The notes under the pieces: generated by a model | What the model saw: only the letters and a program-made list of their open reading frames with translations | The model's database searches: none | Told to the model about the DNA's origin: nothing | From: an uncultured Bacilli bacterium | GTDB taxonomy: Bacteria; Bacillota_I; Bacilli_A; RFN20; CAG-826 | Length of the DNA: 64,000 nucleotides | Direction: 5' to 3' | Assembly: GCA_944358985.1 (NCBI GenBank) | Contig: CALVSI010000001.1 | Location: forward strand, 80,156 to 144,155 | Translations under genes and position numbers: made by a program | Shown here: positions 29,955 to 39,746 of the stretch, in pieces | How the letters are laid out: every line of letters starts with the position of its first letter | Position numbering within the stretch: position 1 is the first letter of the stretch

Positions 29955-30536
29955 TTATAGATGAACTTCGATTATTTTTTTTAGCATATCAAGATTTTTA
30001 TTAGAGTATGTTGAAGTAAATATTAAATCATCTTCAGCGATATCAAAATTATTTTTAATTTCTTTTAAAATCGCATATTTTTCTTTTTGATTTATTTTAT
30101 CGGCTTTTGTTAAAACAACTACAAAAGGAATATTTTCAACTTTTAAAAAAGAATAAATATCTAAATCATCTTGATTAATTTTCCGGCGTGAATCTAATAA
30201 AAATACCACAAATGAAAGAAACTTATTGTCGGCAAAATAATTTTCCATTAATTTAGCAAAAAAATTAATCTCATCTTTATTAGAAAATGAAAAACCATAT
30301 CCTGGAGCGTCTACCAAATAAAATTTTTTATCGACATTATAATAATTTAAAAGTTTAGTATGGCCAGGTTTAGATGATACAAACGCCAAATTTTTATTAT
30401 TGCAAAGGCAATTTAAAAGGCTGGATTTTCCTACATTACTTCGTCCCACAAATAATACTTCTTTAAGATTATCATTTGGTCTTGATAACTTATCATTAGA
30501 AGATTTTATAAATTGGGTATTGCGAAAATTAATCAT
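29955..30536 (-). CDS. engB: Ribosome biogenesis GTPase EngB/YsxC
   Basis: GRSNVGKSSL, S.KPG.T, D.PGYG, TKADK; follows lon. Confidence 0.96.
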   Translation of the reverse strand: MINFRNTQFIKSSNDKLSRPNDNLKEVLFVGRSNVGKSSLLNCLCNNKNLAFVSSKPGHTKLLNYYNVDKKFYLVDAPGYGFSFSNKDEINFFAKLMENYFADNKFLSFVVFLLDSRRKINQDDLDIYSFLKVENIPFVVVLTKADKINQKEKYAILKEIKNNFDIAEDDLIFTSTYSNKNLDMLKKIIEVHL

Positions 30537-30553
30537 ATCCAGCCTTTATATTT

Positions 30554-32866
30554 TTATTCTTTTATCAAAGCAACTTTTAAAGCGTCATCAACATTTTTCA
30601 TAAATACGATGTTTAAAGAGTTTTTGACTTCTTCTGGAAGTTCTTCAACGGTTTTTTTATTTTCTATTGGAACAATTATTGTTTTAATTCCCGCTCTTAA
30701 TGCAGCTAAAGATTTTTCTCGAAGACCTCCAATAGGTAAAGCGTGACCACGTAAAGTTACTTCGCCAGTCATTGCAATATTTGGATCGATTGGTGTCTTG
30801 CTTAAACAAGAAATTATAGCTGTTGTAATCGCAATGCCTGCACTAGGTCCATCTTTTGGAACAGCACCTTCTGGAACATGAATATGAACATCGTTATCGA
30901 TAAAGATTTTTTCATCTATGCCATATTTTTTGGCATTAGCACGAACATAATCTAGAGCGATTGTTGCACTTTCTTTCATCACATCACCTAAATGGCCAGT
31001 TAAAACCAAACCGCCTTTTCCTTTAAAGTAAGTTACTTCAATTGGCAAAATATCTCCACCATATTCCGTATAAGCTAAACCAGTAACAACACCTATTTGT
31101 TTAATGCTTTCTTTTTTGGTTGAATCAAATATTTCTGTCCCTAAATATTCTTTAACCTTACTTATATTTATCGTTATAGATTTCGATTTAGGATTTTCAA
31201 CAAAGTGAAGTGCAGTTTTTCTTAAGCAAGAAGCAATTTGTCTTTCTAATTCACGCACTCCTGCTTCACGAGTGTAATGTTCAATAACATATGCGATTGC
31301 ATCATCATTAAATTTGACATCATGTTTTAATAAGCCGTTAGCGGCAAGTTGTTTTTTAATTAAATGTTGTTTTGCGATTTGAATTTTTTCAAGAGAAGTA
31401 TAAGAATTTACCTCAATAAGTTCTAATCTATCTCTTAATGGTGCAGGAACATTTTCTAAATAGTTTGCAGTACAAACAAATAAAACATCACTTAAATCAT
31501 ACGGTTCTTCAATAAAATTATCATTGAAAGCAAAATTTTGCTCTGGATCTAAAACCTCTAACAAGGCACTAGAAGGATCACCTTTATAAGAAGAACCTAA
31601 TTTGTCAACTTCATCCAATAAAAATACTGGATTGGTAACACCGGCTTTTTTCATACCAGCAATAATACGACCTGGCATAGAACCGACATATGTTCTTCTA
31701 TGACCACGAATTTCAGCTTCGTCACTAATTCCACCTAAGCTAGCCTTGACAAATTTTCTTCCTAACGCTCTTGCTATACTTCTACCTAATGAAGTTTTTC
31801 CACATCCTGGTGGGCCATAAAAACAAAGAATAGGCGATTTGAGATTGCCAGTTAATTGCTTGACCGCTAGATATTCAACAATTCTTTTTTTAACTTTTGC
31901 TAAACCATAGTGATCTTCATCTAATATCTTTTTGACATTACTGATATCATCATTATCAATAGTTTTTTGCCACCACGGTAAATTTAATAACGTGTCAATA
32001 TAATTTTGAATAAGCGAAGTCTCAAGAGAACCAGGAGGCATCATTTCGGCTTTTTGAAGTTCGCTTAAAATCTTACTTTTAATATTTTCTGGATATTGCC
32101 CTTGTTCCAAACGTTTTTTTATAGAATCAGAGCGGTCTTCATTTTCATTACCATTAATTTCTTTTTTAATTGCTTTTAATCTTTCGCGCAAAAAATATTC
32201 TTTTTGGGCCTGTTCACTAGAACTTCTAATCTCACTATTTATTTCTTTTTCAATATCTAAATTAATTTGTTGAAGATCTAATGCTTTGCTGGCTAAATCA
32301 AATAAATCACTAACTTTATCAATTGTTAATGCTTTAAATTTTTCTTCAAATGGAATATTAGAAAATTGAATAATAGTATACGCTAAAAGATAAAAATCAG
32401 TTTCAATATTAATATTTGCTCCTTCGTGTCTTTTATACACCTCTAGCAAATTTAAATTTTCGCATTTATCTAATAAGCGATTTAAATAACCATACAATGT
32501 TGCTTGATCGTTGGTTTCGTTTTCTAAAATTTCGCCTGTGGCAAAAAAACAATCATCTTTAAAATAAATGTTTGTAAAGCGAACACGTGAATTTGAAATA
32601 ATACGTAAAGTAAAATTTCTTCTGTCTTGATTTAATGAAATTATTCGACAAAGACTACCATATTGATATACATCATCACTAGTAATATCATCGACATCAG
32701 CGTTTTTTTGAGCAGTTGCAAAAATCAAAGAATCATAAGAATCTTTGCTCGCATAAACTGCTTTTGATGAGATTTTGCGGCCCACTCCAATTGATTGGGT
32801 AATGCTTGGCAAAATTATTGTTTCTTTTGTTATAAGCAATGGAAGTTCCAAAGTTTTATTCTTCAT
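30554..32866 (-). CDS. lon: ATP-dependent protease La
   Basis: DHYGL..VK.RI, GPPGCGKTS, GHRRTYVG, PKDGPSAG, IGGLREK. Confidence 0.97.
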   Translation of the reverse strand: MKNKTLELPLLITKETIILPSITQSIGVGRKISSKAVYASKDSYDSLIFATAQKNADVDDITSDDVYQYGSLCRIISLNQDRRNFTLRIISNSRVRFTNIYFKDDCFFATGEILENETNDQATLYGYLNRLLDKCENLNLLEVYKRHEGANINIETDFYLLAYTIIQFSNIPFEEKFKALTIDKVSDLFDLASKALDLQQINLDIEKEINSEIRSSSEQAQKEYFLRERLKAIKKEINGNENEDRSDSIKKRLEQGQYPENIKSKILSELQKAEMMPPGSLETSLIQNYIDTLLNLPWWQKTIDNDDISNVKKILDEDHYGLAKVKKRIVEYLAVKQLTGNLKSPILCFYGPPGCGKTSLGRSIARALGRKFVKASLGGISDEAEIRGHRRTYVGSMPGRIIAGMKKAGVTNPVFLLDEVDKLGSSYKGDPSSALLEVLDPEQNFAFNDNFIEEPYDLSDVLFVCTANYLENVPAPLRDRLELIEVNSYTSLEKIQIAKQHLIKKQLAANGLLKHDVKFNDDAIAYVIEHYTREAGVRELERQIASCLRKTALHFVENPKSKSITINISKVKEYLGTEIFDSTKKESIKQIGVVTGLAYTEYGGDILPIEVTYFKGKGGLVLTGHLGDVMKESATIALDYVRANAKKYGIDEKIFIDNDVHIHVPEGAVPKDGPSAGIAITTAIISCLSKTPIDPNIAMTGEVTLRGHALPIGGLREKSLAALRAGIKTIIVPIENKKTVEELPEEVKNSLNIVFMKNVDDALKVALIKE

Positions 32867-32894
32867 CTATACTAACCTCCTTCAAACGGACAGA

Positions 32895-34169
32895 TTAGTT
32901 ATTGTTGTTATAAAGATAATCTTCCGCTTGTCCTAATAAAATTTGTGTTTTTAATTGTTCTTGTTGCGATTCTAATGCTTTTTTGACATCTTCAATTTTC
33001 ATTTTGTATTGTTCCGCCATACGAGCATATTCGAAATCTAATTCTTTTTCTCCAATAACAATTTCTTGAGTTTTCGCAACTTCTCTTAAAATTGTTACAG
33101 CATTTAAATTCTTAACAGCATCATTACGCAAAGTTTCCATAAATTGTTCTTCGCTTTGACCAACGACTGACAAATATTGTTTTAAATCAAAGCCGGATTG
33201 AGCCATTCTTTGTTCAGCATCTTTTTTTCTTGCTTCGACTTCGCTTTCAACAATAGCATCGGGTATATCAATCGTAGAATTTTTTTCAATTTCTAAGAAT
33301 AACTTATTCAAATAATCACGTTTTGCTTCACGCTTTTTGTTATTCAATAATTCATTTTTCTTAAATTGTTTTAATTGTTCGACCGTTTCGACATTTGCAA
33401 TATTTAAATCTTTTACAAATTCATCATCTAATTTTGGCAACACCTTGCATTTTACTTCATGTAAATTTACTTTAAAAACGGCTGGTTTTCCTTTTAAATT
33501 TTCAACATATTGTTCTGGGAATGTGACATTGACATCAAATTCATCACCACTTTTATGTCCCACTAATTGTTCTTCAAATCCTGGGATAAAATAATGTGAG
33601 CCAACTGCTAATTCATAATTTGATGCAGTACCGCCTTCAAATTTTTCTCCATCGACGCTTCCTTCAAAATCCATAATAACGGTGTCACCTTCACTAACTT
33701 CACCATCTTTAGTTTTTAATGTGGCGTTTTCATCTAACAAATGATTGATTTCTTTATCAACCTCTTCATCACTTACAGAAATTTCTGTTTTCCCAATATT
33801 TAAGTTTGTATATTGACCTAATTTAACCTCTGGAGCGGTAGTAATCAAAAATTTGACAACTAATTCCTCACTAGACAACTTATCAATTGTAATTTGAGGA
33901 CGAGCAAAAGGCTCGACTTTATCTTCCATCACGATAGCTTGATAAGCTGTTGGCAATAAACTATCAATAGCGTCATTATACAAACGGCCTTGATCTATTT
34001 TGTCCTTTACAAGATTATCAGGGGCATGTCCTTTTCTAAAACCAGGAACAGTAACATTTTCTTTTAATCTATTAAAAGCTTTGGTTTGAGCTTTACTCCA
34101 TTCTTCTTTTGAAAAAGTAACAACTACTTCTGTTTGGCAATGTTCTAATTTTTGTAATTTTCTTTCCAT
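32895..34169 (-). CDS. tig: Trigger factor
   Basis: PGFRKG.AP, DFEG..DG..FEGG, FIPGFEEQL. Confidence 0.97.
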   Translation of the reverse strand: MERKLQKLEHCQTEVVVTFSKEEWSKAQTKAFNRLKENVTVPGFRKGHAPDNLVKDKIDQGRLYNDAIDSLLPTAYQAIVMEDKVEPFARPQITIDKLSSEELVVKFLITTAPEVKLGQYTNLNIGKTEISVSDEEVDKEINHLLDENATLKTKDGEVSEGDTVIMDFEGSVDGEKFEGGTASNYELAVGSHYFIPGFEEQLVGHKSGDEFDVNVTFPEQYVENLKGKPAVFKVNLHEVKCKVLPKLDDEFVKDLNIANVETVEQLKQFKKNELLNNKKREAKRDYLNKLFLEIEKNSTIDIPDAIVESEVEARKKDAEQRMAQSGFDLKQYLSVVGQSEEQFMETLRNDAVKNLNAVTILREVAKTQEIVIGEKELDFEYARMAEQYKMKIEDVKKALESQQEQLKTQILLGQAEDYLYNNNN

Positions 34170-34248
34170 TTTAATTCTCCTTTTTTTGAGTTTCGCTTTG
34201 CATTATATATTATATAAAATGTAAAAACAACTAATTAACTTCGTAAAT

Positions 34249-35136
34249 TTAAAAATTTCTAATGATGTCTATTATTTTATTAATTAAATTTTTGCAATTT
34301 GCTGAGATTTCAACATTTTGTTGCAAATCATTGTTTAACATTCCATTAACGATATTATCAAGTGCTAAAAATAAAATTGTCGGATTATCATTTAGTTTAA
34401 AAGGATAGCAATAAAGTGCATAAAGACTTAAAACGGACTCAAAAGTTGAATAATAGGTAGGATCTTTGACAATTTTTGCTTGTTCGATACAATATTTAAA
34501 AGTTGGGTCATTAAAAATACCTAAAATAGTGCTTGGAACTATTTTTATAATCTCGCCATGATAATTAAATTTGACTTCTTTATTAAAACCACTGTCTTGC
34601 AAAGCAATCAAAGCAAGTGTTCGAGTTGATTCTTTGCTATTATTAAGCATAATATTTTCTAGTTCTGATAAGAATAATTCAATTTTGTAGTTTTTCAGTG
34701 ATGAAATGCCTTTTTTAACAATCTCATCATTTTCGCTTTTTAACATTTTTTGGATTGATTCAACATTATTTTGCAAATTAGAAACATTATTAAGCAACTT
34801 AGTTATTTCTTTTTTATATTTCTGCATTTTTTCTTCTACGATTTGACTTTCGTATGGCATTTCTTCAAACTCTTTTAAATAATCCAATGCAAAATCATAT
34901 TTTTTAAAATAAAAACATAAATTCATGGTGATATCGATGAATTTTGGTAAATCTTGTATTAATTTTGCCTTATTAGTATTTAGAAGAGTAATCGATGTTT
35001 CAAAATTATCTAAAAAAGCATAACTAAGTATTTTTAAATACAATAAATCACTATCACTTTCATCTTTGACATTATCTATAACTTCTTGATAGTTACAAGA
35101 ATTGAATAATCTTTGTATTTCTGTTTTAGTTAACAT
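34249..35136 (-). CDS. Hypothetical helical-repeat protein
   Basis: 295-aa ORF with host-like composition; no motif recognised. Confidence 0.7.
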   Translation of the reverse strand: MLTKTEIQRLFNSCNYQEVIDNVKDESDSDLLYLKILSYAFLDNFETSITLLNTNKAKLIQDLPKFIDITMNLCFYFKKYDFALDYLKEFEEMPYESQIVEEKMQKYKKEITKLLNNVSNLQNNVESIQKMLKSENDEIVKKGISSLKNYKIELFLSELENIMLNNSKESTRTLALIALQDSGFNKEVKFNYHGEIIKIVPSTILGIFNDPTFKYCIEQAKIVKDPTYYSTFESVLSLYALYCYPFKLNDNPTILFLALDNIVNGMLNNDLQQNVEISANCKNLINKIIDIIRNF

Positions 35137-35148
35137 ATTAGTAGATTT

Positions 35149-35712
35149 TTAGTTATTATTTAGCATTACATCTAATCTTAAAAATTTTAAAAAACCTTTA
35201 ATAATATCCAGTTCTGAAGTTTTGAAGTTTTCATTAATCCACTTTTTAAACGCTCCAACGCAACCAAATATAATAAAAGTAATTACATAATCTTTTTCTT
35301 GTGGATTCGTCAATTGTTTAACTAAAATTGATTCACCTACTAAATCATAAAAACGTTTAAAAATTAAGTTTGTAAAATGTTCGCTAGCTACATTAAATAA
35401 GGCCTTAAATAATTTAACATTGTTTTTGATGTATGAACAAATTCCATCAATTAAGGATAAATATTCATATTCGTATTCATTAGCGATTGAACTAATTATA
35501 GTTAAAGCGTCATCTTCTATTTCTTTAATGACTGCATCTATTGAAGGATAATGCAAATAAAAGGTTGAACGATTTATGTCAATAGCTTCACACAACTGAC
35601 TTATAACTAATCTTTTAGAACCATTCGCGGAATAAGTATCGATAACATATTGTTTTATCGCGGCTTTTGTCTTTTTTATACGACGATCCATTCTCTTTTG
35701 TCTCCTTTTCAA
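35149..35712 (-). CDS. TetR/AcrR family transcriptional regulator
   Basis: DRR..KTK.AI, I.QLC...DINRSTFYLHY HTH; divergent from the SDR pair. Confidence 0.9.
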   Translation of the reverse strand: MKRRQKRMDRRIKKTKAAIKQYVIDTYSANGSKRLVISQLCEAIDINRSTFYLHYPSIDAVIKEIEDDALTIISSIANEYEYEYLSLIDGICSYIKNNVKLFKALFNVASEHFTNLIFKRFYDLVGESILVKQLTNPQEKDYVITFIIFGCVGAFKKWINENFKTSELDIIKGFLKFLRLDVMLNNN

Positions 35713-35761
35713 CGTTTTGTTAATACTGTCTTATTATCAATAAAATTAAAATTTTGTTTCT

Positions 35762-35779
35762 TAATTTATACATAAATTA
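35762..35779. promoter_or_regulatory. Candidate TetR operator (8-2-8 palindrome)
   Basis: TAATTTAT-ac-ATAAATTA in the divergent intergenic region; AT-rich, so may be chance. Confidence 0.35.
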
Positions 35780-35821
35780 TATTAGATTAAAAATATAAAA
35801 CAATAAAAAGGAGGAAACAAG

Positions 35822-36871
35822 ATGCAAGAAAAAATAAAAATACTAGTCACCGGAGCAACTGGACACGTTGGAAATAATCTAGTTAAAAAATTAAATTCAT
35901 TAGGAATAACGCCATATTGTTTGGTTTTAGAAAACGATAATTGTTTTTCTATTAGAAACGATTCATATAATAAAATTATAGGAAATATAATAGATCGCGA
36001 GAAAATGTTTTCCATCATTAAGGAAATGGATATTGTCATTCATTTGGCTAGCCAAATTTCTATAAAGGCAAACGATGATTATTTAAAATTATATTCTATT
36101 AATGTGTCTGGCACTATTAATATAGCGGATGCTTGTTTAAATTACGATAAAAAACTAATTTATGCTAGTTCAGTTCATACAATTCCAATCACAATTAATA
36201 ACAAGCCAATGAGTGAACCGACTTCATTTAACATTGATACAAGTCATGGTAACTATGAAAAAACAAAATCAATTGCGACAGATTATGTATACAATTTATC
36301 GCATAATAAAGGTTTAAAAGCAACGATTATTTATCCAAGCGGTATAATTGGCGAAAATGATTATTTTATTAGCGAATTGTCTACATTATTTATTGATATA
36401 GCAAATAAAAAATTGCCAGGATATGTCAAAGGCGGATATGCTTTTGTCGATGTAAAAGATGTTGTTGATATGATTGTTGAAATAATAAATAAAAATAAAT
36501 ACAACACCGAATACATTATTTCAGGTGGATATTTATCAATAAAAGATGTTATAGAAACTATTAACAAATGTTATCAAAGAGACAAACTTCCTATTTTATT
36601 TAGTACTTGGTTTGTTAAATGCATGATTCCATTTCTTTCATTACATTCAAAGATAAAAAATAAAAAACCTCTTTTTACTCTTTATTCATTAAAAACAATA
36701 TTGTCTAATTCTAATTTTGATGTTTCTAAGGCTAAAAAAGAATTAAATTACGAGCCACGAGATGTTAAATTAAGCATAGTTAATGCGCTAAATTGGCTTT
36801 TAAAAAACAAAGATTATAAATTTAATAAAAAAAGTAAATCCACTTTTAAAAATATTGCTGCTACAATGTAA
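35822..36871 (+). CDS. NAD-dependent epimerase/dehydratase (extended SDR, dihydroflavonol reductase/3-beta-HSD-like)
   Basis: TGATGHVG, HLA, N..GT, SSVH, YEKTK, VDV.DV. Confidence 0.88.
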   Translation: MQEKIKILVTGATGHVGNNLVKKLNSLGITPYCLVLENDNCFSIRNDSYNKIIGNIIDREKMFSIIKEMDIVIHLASQISIKANDDYLKLYSINVSGTINIADACLNYDKKLIYASSVHTIPITINNKPMSEPTSFNIDTSHGNYEKTKSIATDYVYNLSHNKGLKATIIYPSGIIGENDYFISELSTLFIDIANKKLPGYVKGGYAFVDVKDVVDMIVEIINKNKYNTEYIISGGYLSIKDVIETINKCYQRDKLPILFSTWFVKCMIPFLSLHSKIKNKKPLFTLYSLKTILSNSNFDVSKAKKELNYEPRDVKLSIVNALNWLLKNKDYKFNKKSKSTFKNIAATM

Positions 36872-36873
36872 GT

Positions 36874-37875
36874 ATGAAACAAAATGTATTTATAACTGGC
36901 GCTAGCGGTCATATTGGAAATGTTATTATTAAAGAGTTATTTAATAATTATAAAAATGAAATTTCAATAACTTGCTTATTATTAGAAAACGATAATGCTA
37001 ATTATTTAAAAGATTTTGATTTAAACATTATACGTGGCAATATTTGTGACCGCGAATTAATGTTTAGATTAATTAAAGAAAACGATATTGTTATTCATTT
37101 AGCAGGTATTATTTCTACGTCAAACAAAAACAAGGATTTAATGTATAATGTAAACTACTTAGGAAGTAAAAATATAGCGGATGCGTGTTTTAAAAATAAA
37201 GCTAGACTAATCTATGTTTCTTCAGTTCATGTTTTAAATTGCGAAAACACTACAATTAATGAAAATGCTTCTTTAAATGTTTCTTCACATCGTGGCGAAT
37301 ATGAAAAAACAAAAGCATTGGCAACTTCTTATATAAAAGACTTGTTTGACAAAGGTTTAGATGGATTGATATTTTATCCAAGTGCAATAATTGGGCCGTT
37401 TGATTATTTATTAGGAGAAACATCAAGATCAATTATCAACATATATAATGGAAAATATCCCTTTTATCTCAATGGTGGTTATTCGTTTGTCGACGTTAGA
37501 GACGTCGCTAAAATGATTGTAAAAGGTGCTTTAAATAAAAATTTAAGTCGTCAATCTTATATCATTAGCAACGGCTATATCAGTGTTAAAGATTTAATTT
37601 TATATACATCAAGTCTTTCCAAAAAACCAAAAAAACATTTAATTTATGTACCGCTGTTTTTGGTATATATCGCCCTACCATTTATTTCACTTTTTGCTAA
37701 AATTTCAAAGAAAAAGGTAATTTTTAGTAAAAATATGGTAAAAACTATAACTAGTAACGGGAGTTTTGATATTTCAAAAATTAAAAAAGATTTAAATTAT
37801 GCACCAACAGATTTACACACCACCATTAAAGATACAGTTGAATTTTTAAAAGAATATCAAAATTTAGATAAATAA
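36874..37875 (+). CDS. Second NAD-dependent epimerase/dehydratase, paralogue of the upstream gene
   Basis: TGASGHIG, HLAG, SSVH, YEKTK, FVDVRDVA. Confidence 0.88.
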   Translation: MKQNVFITGASGHIGNVIIKELFNNYKNEISITCLLLENDNANYLKDFDLNIIRGNICDRELMFRLIKENDIVIHLAGIISTSNKNKDLMYNVNYLGSKNIADACFKNKARLIYVSSVHVLNCENTTINENASLNVSSHRGEYEKTKALATSYIKDLFDKGLDGLIFYPSAIIGPFDYLLGETSRSIINIYNGKYPFYLNGGYSFVDVRDVAKMIVKGALNKNLSRQSYIISNGYISVKDLILYTSSLSKKPKKHLIYVPLFLVYIALPFISLFAKISKKKVIFSKNMVKTITSNGSFDISKIKKDLNYAPTDLHTTIKDTVEFLKEYQNLDK

Positions 37876-37882
37876 TAAACGC

Positions 37883-38599
37883 TTATCTAATCAAATCGCT
37901 TGGTACAATCATGCCAAGCAACTTTTGTGTTTGTTTTCCATGTTCGCTAACAAAAACGCAAACAAGCTTTTTTCTATCGCGATTGTATTTATCAAAAACA
38001 TCTAAAATATCATCCAAATCATAATCTCTTGGTATAAATTCATATTTTTCAGAGATATGTTTATTTAAAGGTATAAATTCAATAAAATCTTTTATTTTTA
38101 AATTTTTAGTTTTGTTTGTTTTATTTTTTGCCATGTATAAAAATAAAACATTTGGTGAAAAAACACCTATTAGATAACCATCTTTTAAAATAGGAATTTG
38201 GGTAAATCCTTTTTTAATCATTGTGTCTAAAACATTCTCAATTGGTTCTTCTTCATCAACATAATACAAATTACTAATTTTTGTCATTATATCATTCGCG
38301 GTAATTGGATTTTTTAACTCCTCTATTTCTTTATTTAAAAAATCAATAGTTTCATCTGATATAATAAGCAAATCTTTAGAATTCATATCAAATTCATGAA
38401 CTAGATTATTTCTTAATATTCTTATCATGTTTATTTGACGTGCTTTTTCAAAATTTTCTTTATTCGATGATGATTCTAATTTATCAATATATCTTTGTAT
38501 CATTGAAAACGAACGTGAAAACTCTTTAAATTTATCTCTTAATAAATCATCAAAAATATTATAAAGTCTAATAAATTCTTCAACATTATCTTTGTTCAT
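37883..38599 (-). CDS. HEPN-like domain fused to a CBS pair (start reassigned to MNKDN)
   Basis: N-terminal helical domain with RNNLVH; C-terminal CBS pair (DIMT, M...GFTQIPI, LLGMI...DL). Confidence 0.75.
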   Translation of the reverse strand: MNKDNVEEFIRLYNIFDDLLRDKFKEFSRSFSMIQRYIDKLESSSNKENFEKARQINMIRILRNNLVHEFDMNSKDLLIISDETIDFLNKEIEELKNPITANDIMTKISNLYYVDEEEPIENVLDTMIKKGFTQIPILKDGYLIGVFSPNVLFLYMAKNKTNKTKNLKIKDFIEFIPLNKHISEKYEFIPRDYDLDDILDVFDKYNRDRKKLVCVFVSEHGKQTQKLLGMIVPSDLIR

Positions 38600-38644
38600 A
38601 TTAAACATTATATAATAAAAACACCCGAGGGCGTTTATATTTTT

Positions 38645-39547
38645 TTATTGAGGATTTCTTGAATCACAAAGTGCAAATAATGCAACTGTCCCTGGACCTG
38701 AATGTGCACCGATAGTTTGATCGATATAATTAATGATAATTCTTTTAAATTTAACTTTTTTCTCTAACAAACTTATTAAATAATTAACATCATCAATACA
38801 ATCACAATGTCCGATAGCGATTACTTGATTTTTTAAATCAACACCATGTTTTAAAAATTTTTCAGCCATAACTTGGAGTGATTTTTTTCTGCCTAATACT
38901 TTCGTAAATGGAATTAATTTACCTTCGTCGTTAACATGCAATACTGGTTTTATTCTTAATGCATTACCTAAGAAATAACTAGCTTTGCTAACTCGACCTC
39001 CTCGATATAAATAAACCAAGTCTTCAACAGTAAAATAATGTGCTAATTTTAATTTGTTTTCTTCTAGCCATTTTCTATTATCTTCTAAACTCATTCCATT
39101 TTCCTTATTAACAGCAGCGTGATAAACAAGCAAACCTTGTCCTAATGACGCTGCTAAGGTATCAATGACTTCAATTTTACGTTGTGGATATTTTTTTAAA
39201 AGAATATCTCTTGCAACTAAAGCGGAATTATAAGTAGTTGATAATGCACTTGAAAATGCTAAATATAAAACATCGATTCCTTTTTTTAACAATTCTTCAA
39301 AATAATTTAAAAAACTTGTTTCGTTAATTGCACTAGTTTTTATTATTGCACCATTACGCATGCGATTATAAAAACCTTTATAATCTTGATCGTGTTCTGG
39401 ATCAAAACCAATATGTTCGTCTCCGTTTTCATCAATCCAGTACATTGAAATAATTCCTATATCGAATTTTTTAACTTCGTCAGTGGGTAAATTAGAACAT
39501 GAATCGCTTACAATTTTATAATTTTCCATATTTATATTTCCTTTCAT
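38645..39547 (-). CDS. DegV family fatty-acid-binding protein
   Basis: DS..NLP, KTS, SSALS.TY, IDT..AS.G.G, L.YL.RGGRVS, L.IKP, H.GPG. Confidence 0.93.
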   Translation of the reverse strand: MKGNINMENYKIVSDSCSNLPTDEVKKFDIGIISMYWIDENGDEHIGFDPEHDQDYKGFYNRMRNGAIIKTSAINETSFLNYFEELLKKGIDVLYLAFSSALSTTYNSALVARDILLKKYPQRKIEVIDTLAASLGQGLLVYHAAVNKENGMSLEDNRKWLEENKLKLAHYFTVEDLVYLYRGGRVSKASYFLGNALRIKPVLHVNDEGKLIPFTKVLGRKKSLQVMAEKFLKHGVDLKNQVIAIGHCDCIDDVNYLISLLEKKVKFKRIIINYIDQTIGAHSGPGTVALFALCDSRNPQ

Positions 39548-39746
39548 AAAAAATATTTAATATCCTTATTTAGGATATTCGTTAATACATTAATTTGTTT
39601 TATTTGGATTTCAATATATTGTTTGAACACAAAAAGTAGAGATTAAAATATTTGCTCTACTGATAGTAGAATTTTAAAAATTATTTAGTGTATTTCGGAT
39701 ATTTTTTTATGCTTTATTTAAATTTTTTTTCGTTTATAATGGCTTT

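Noticed and set aside
3366-36567. Short ORFs overlapping housekeeping genes (e.g. 3366-3716, 7183-7570, 16847-17170, 24523-24777, 33337-33594, 35782-36039)
   Set aside because: Fully or largely overlap well-supported genes on the other strand or frame; no recognisable motifs.
39559-39661. Short inverted repeats in the degV-ClC intergenic region
   Set aside because: 7-8 bp AT-rich arms are expected by chance at this composition; no recognisable riboswitch such as a fluoride motif.
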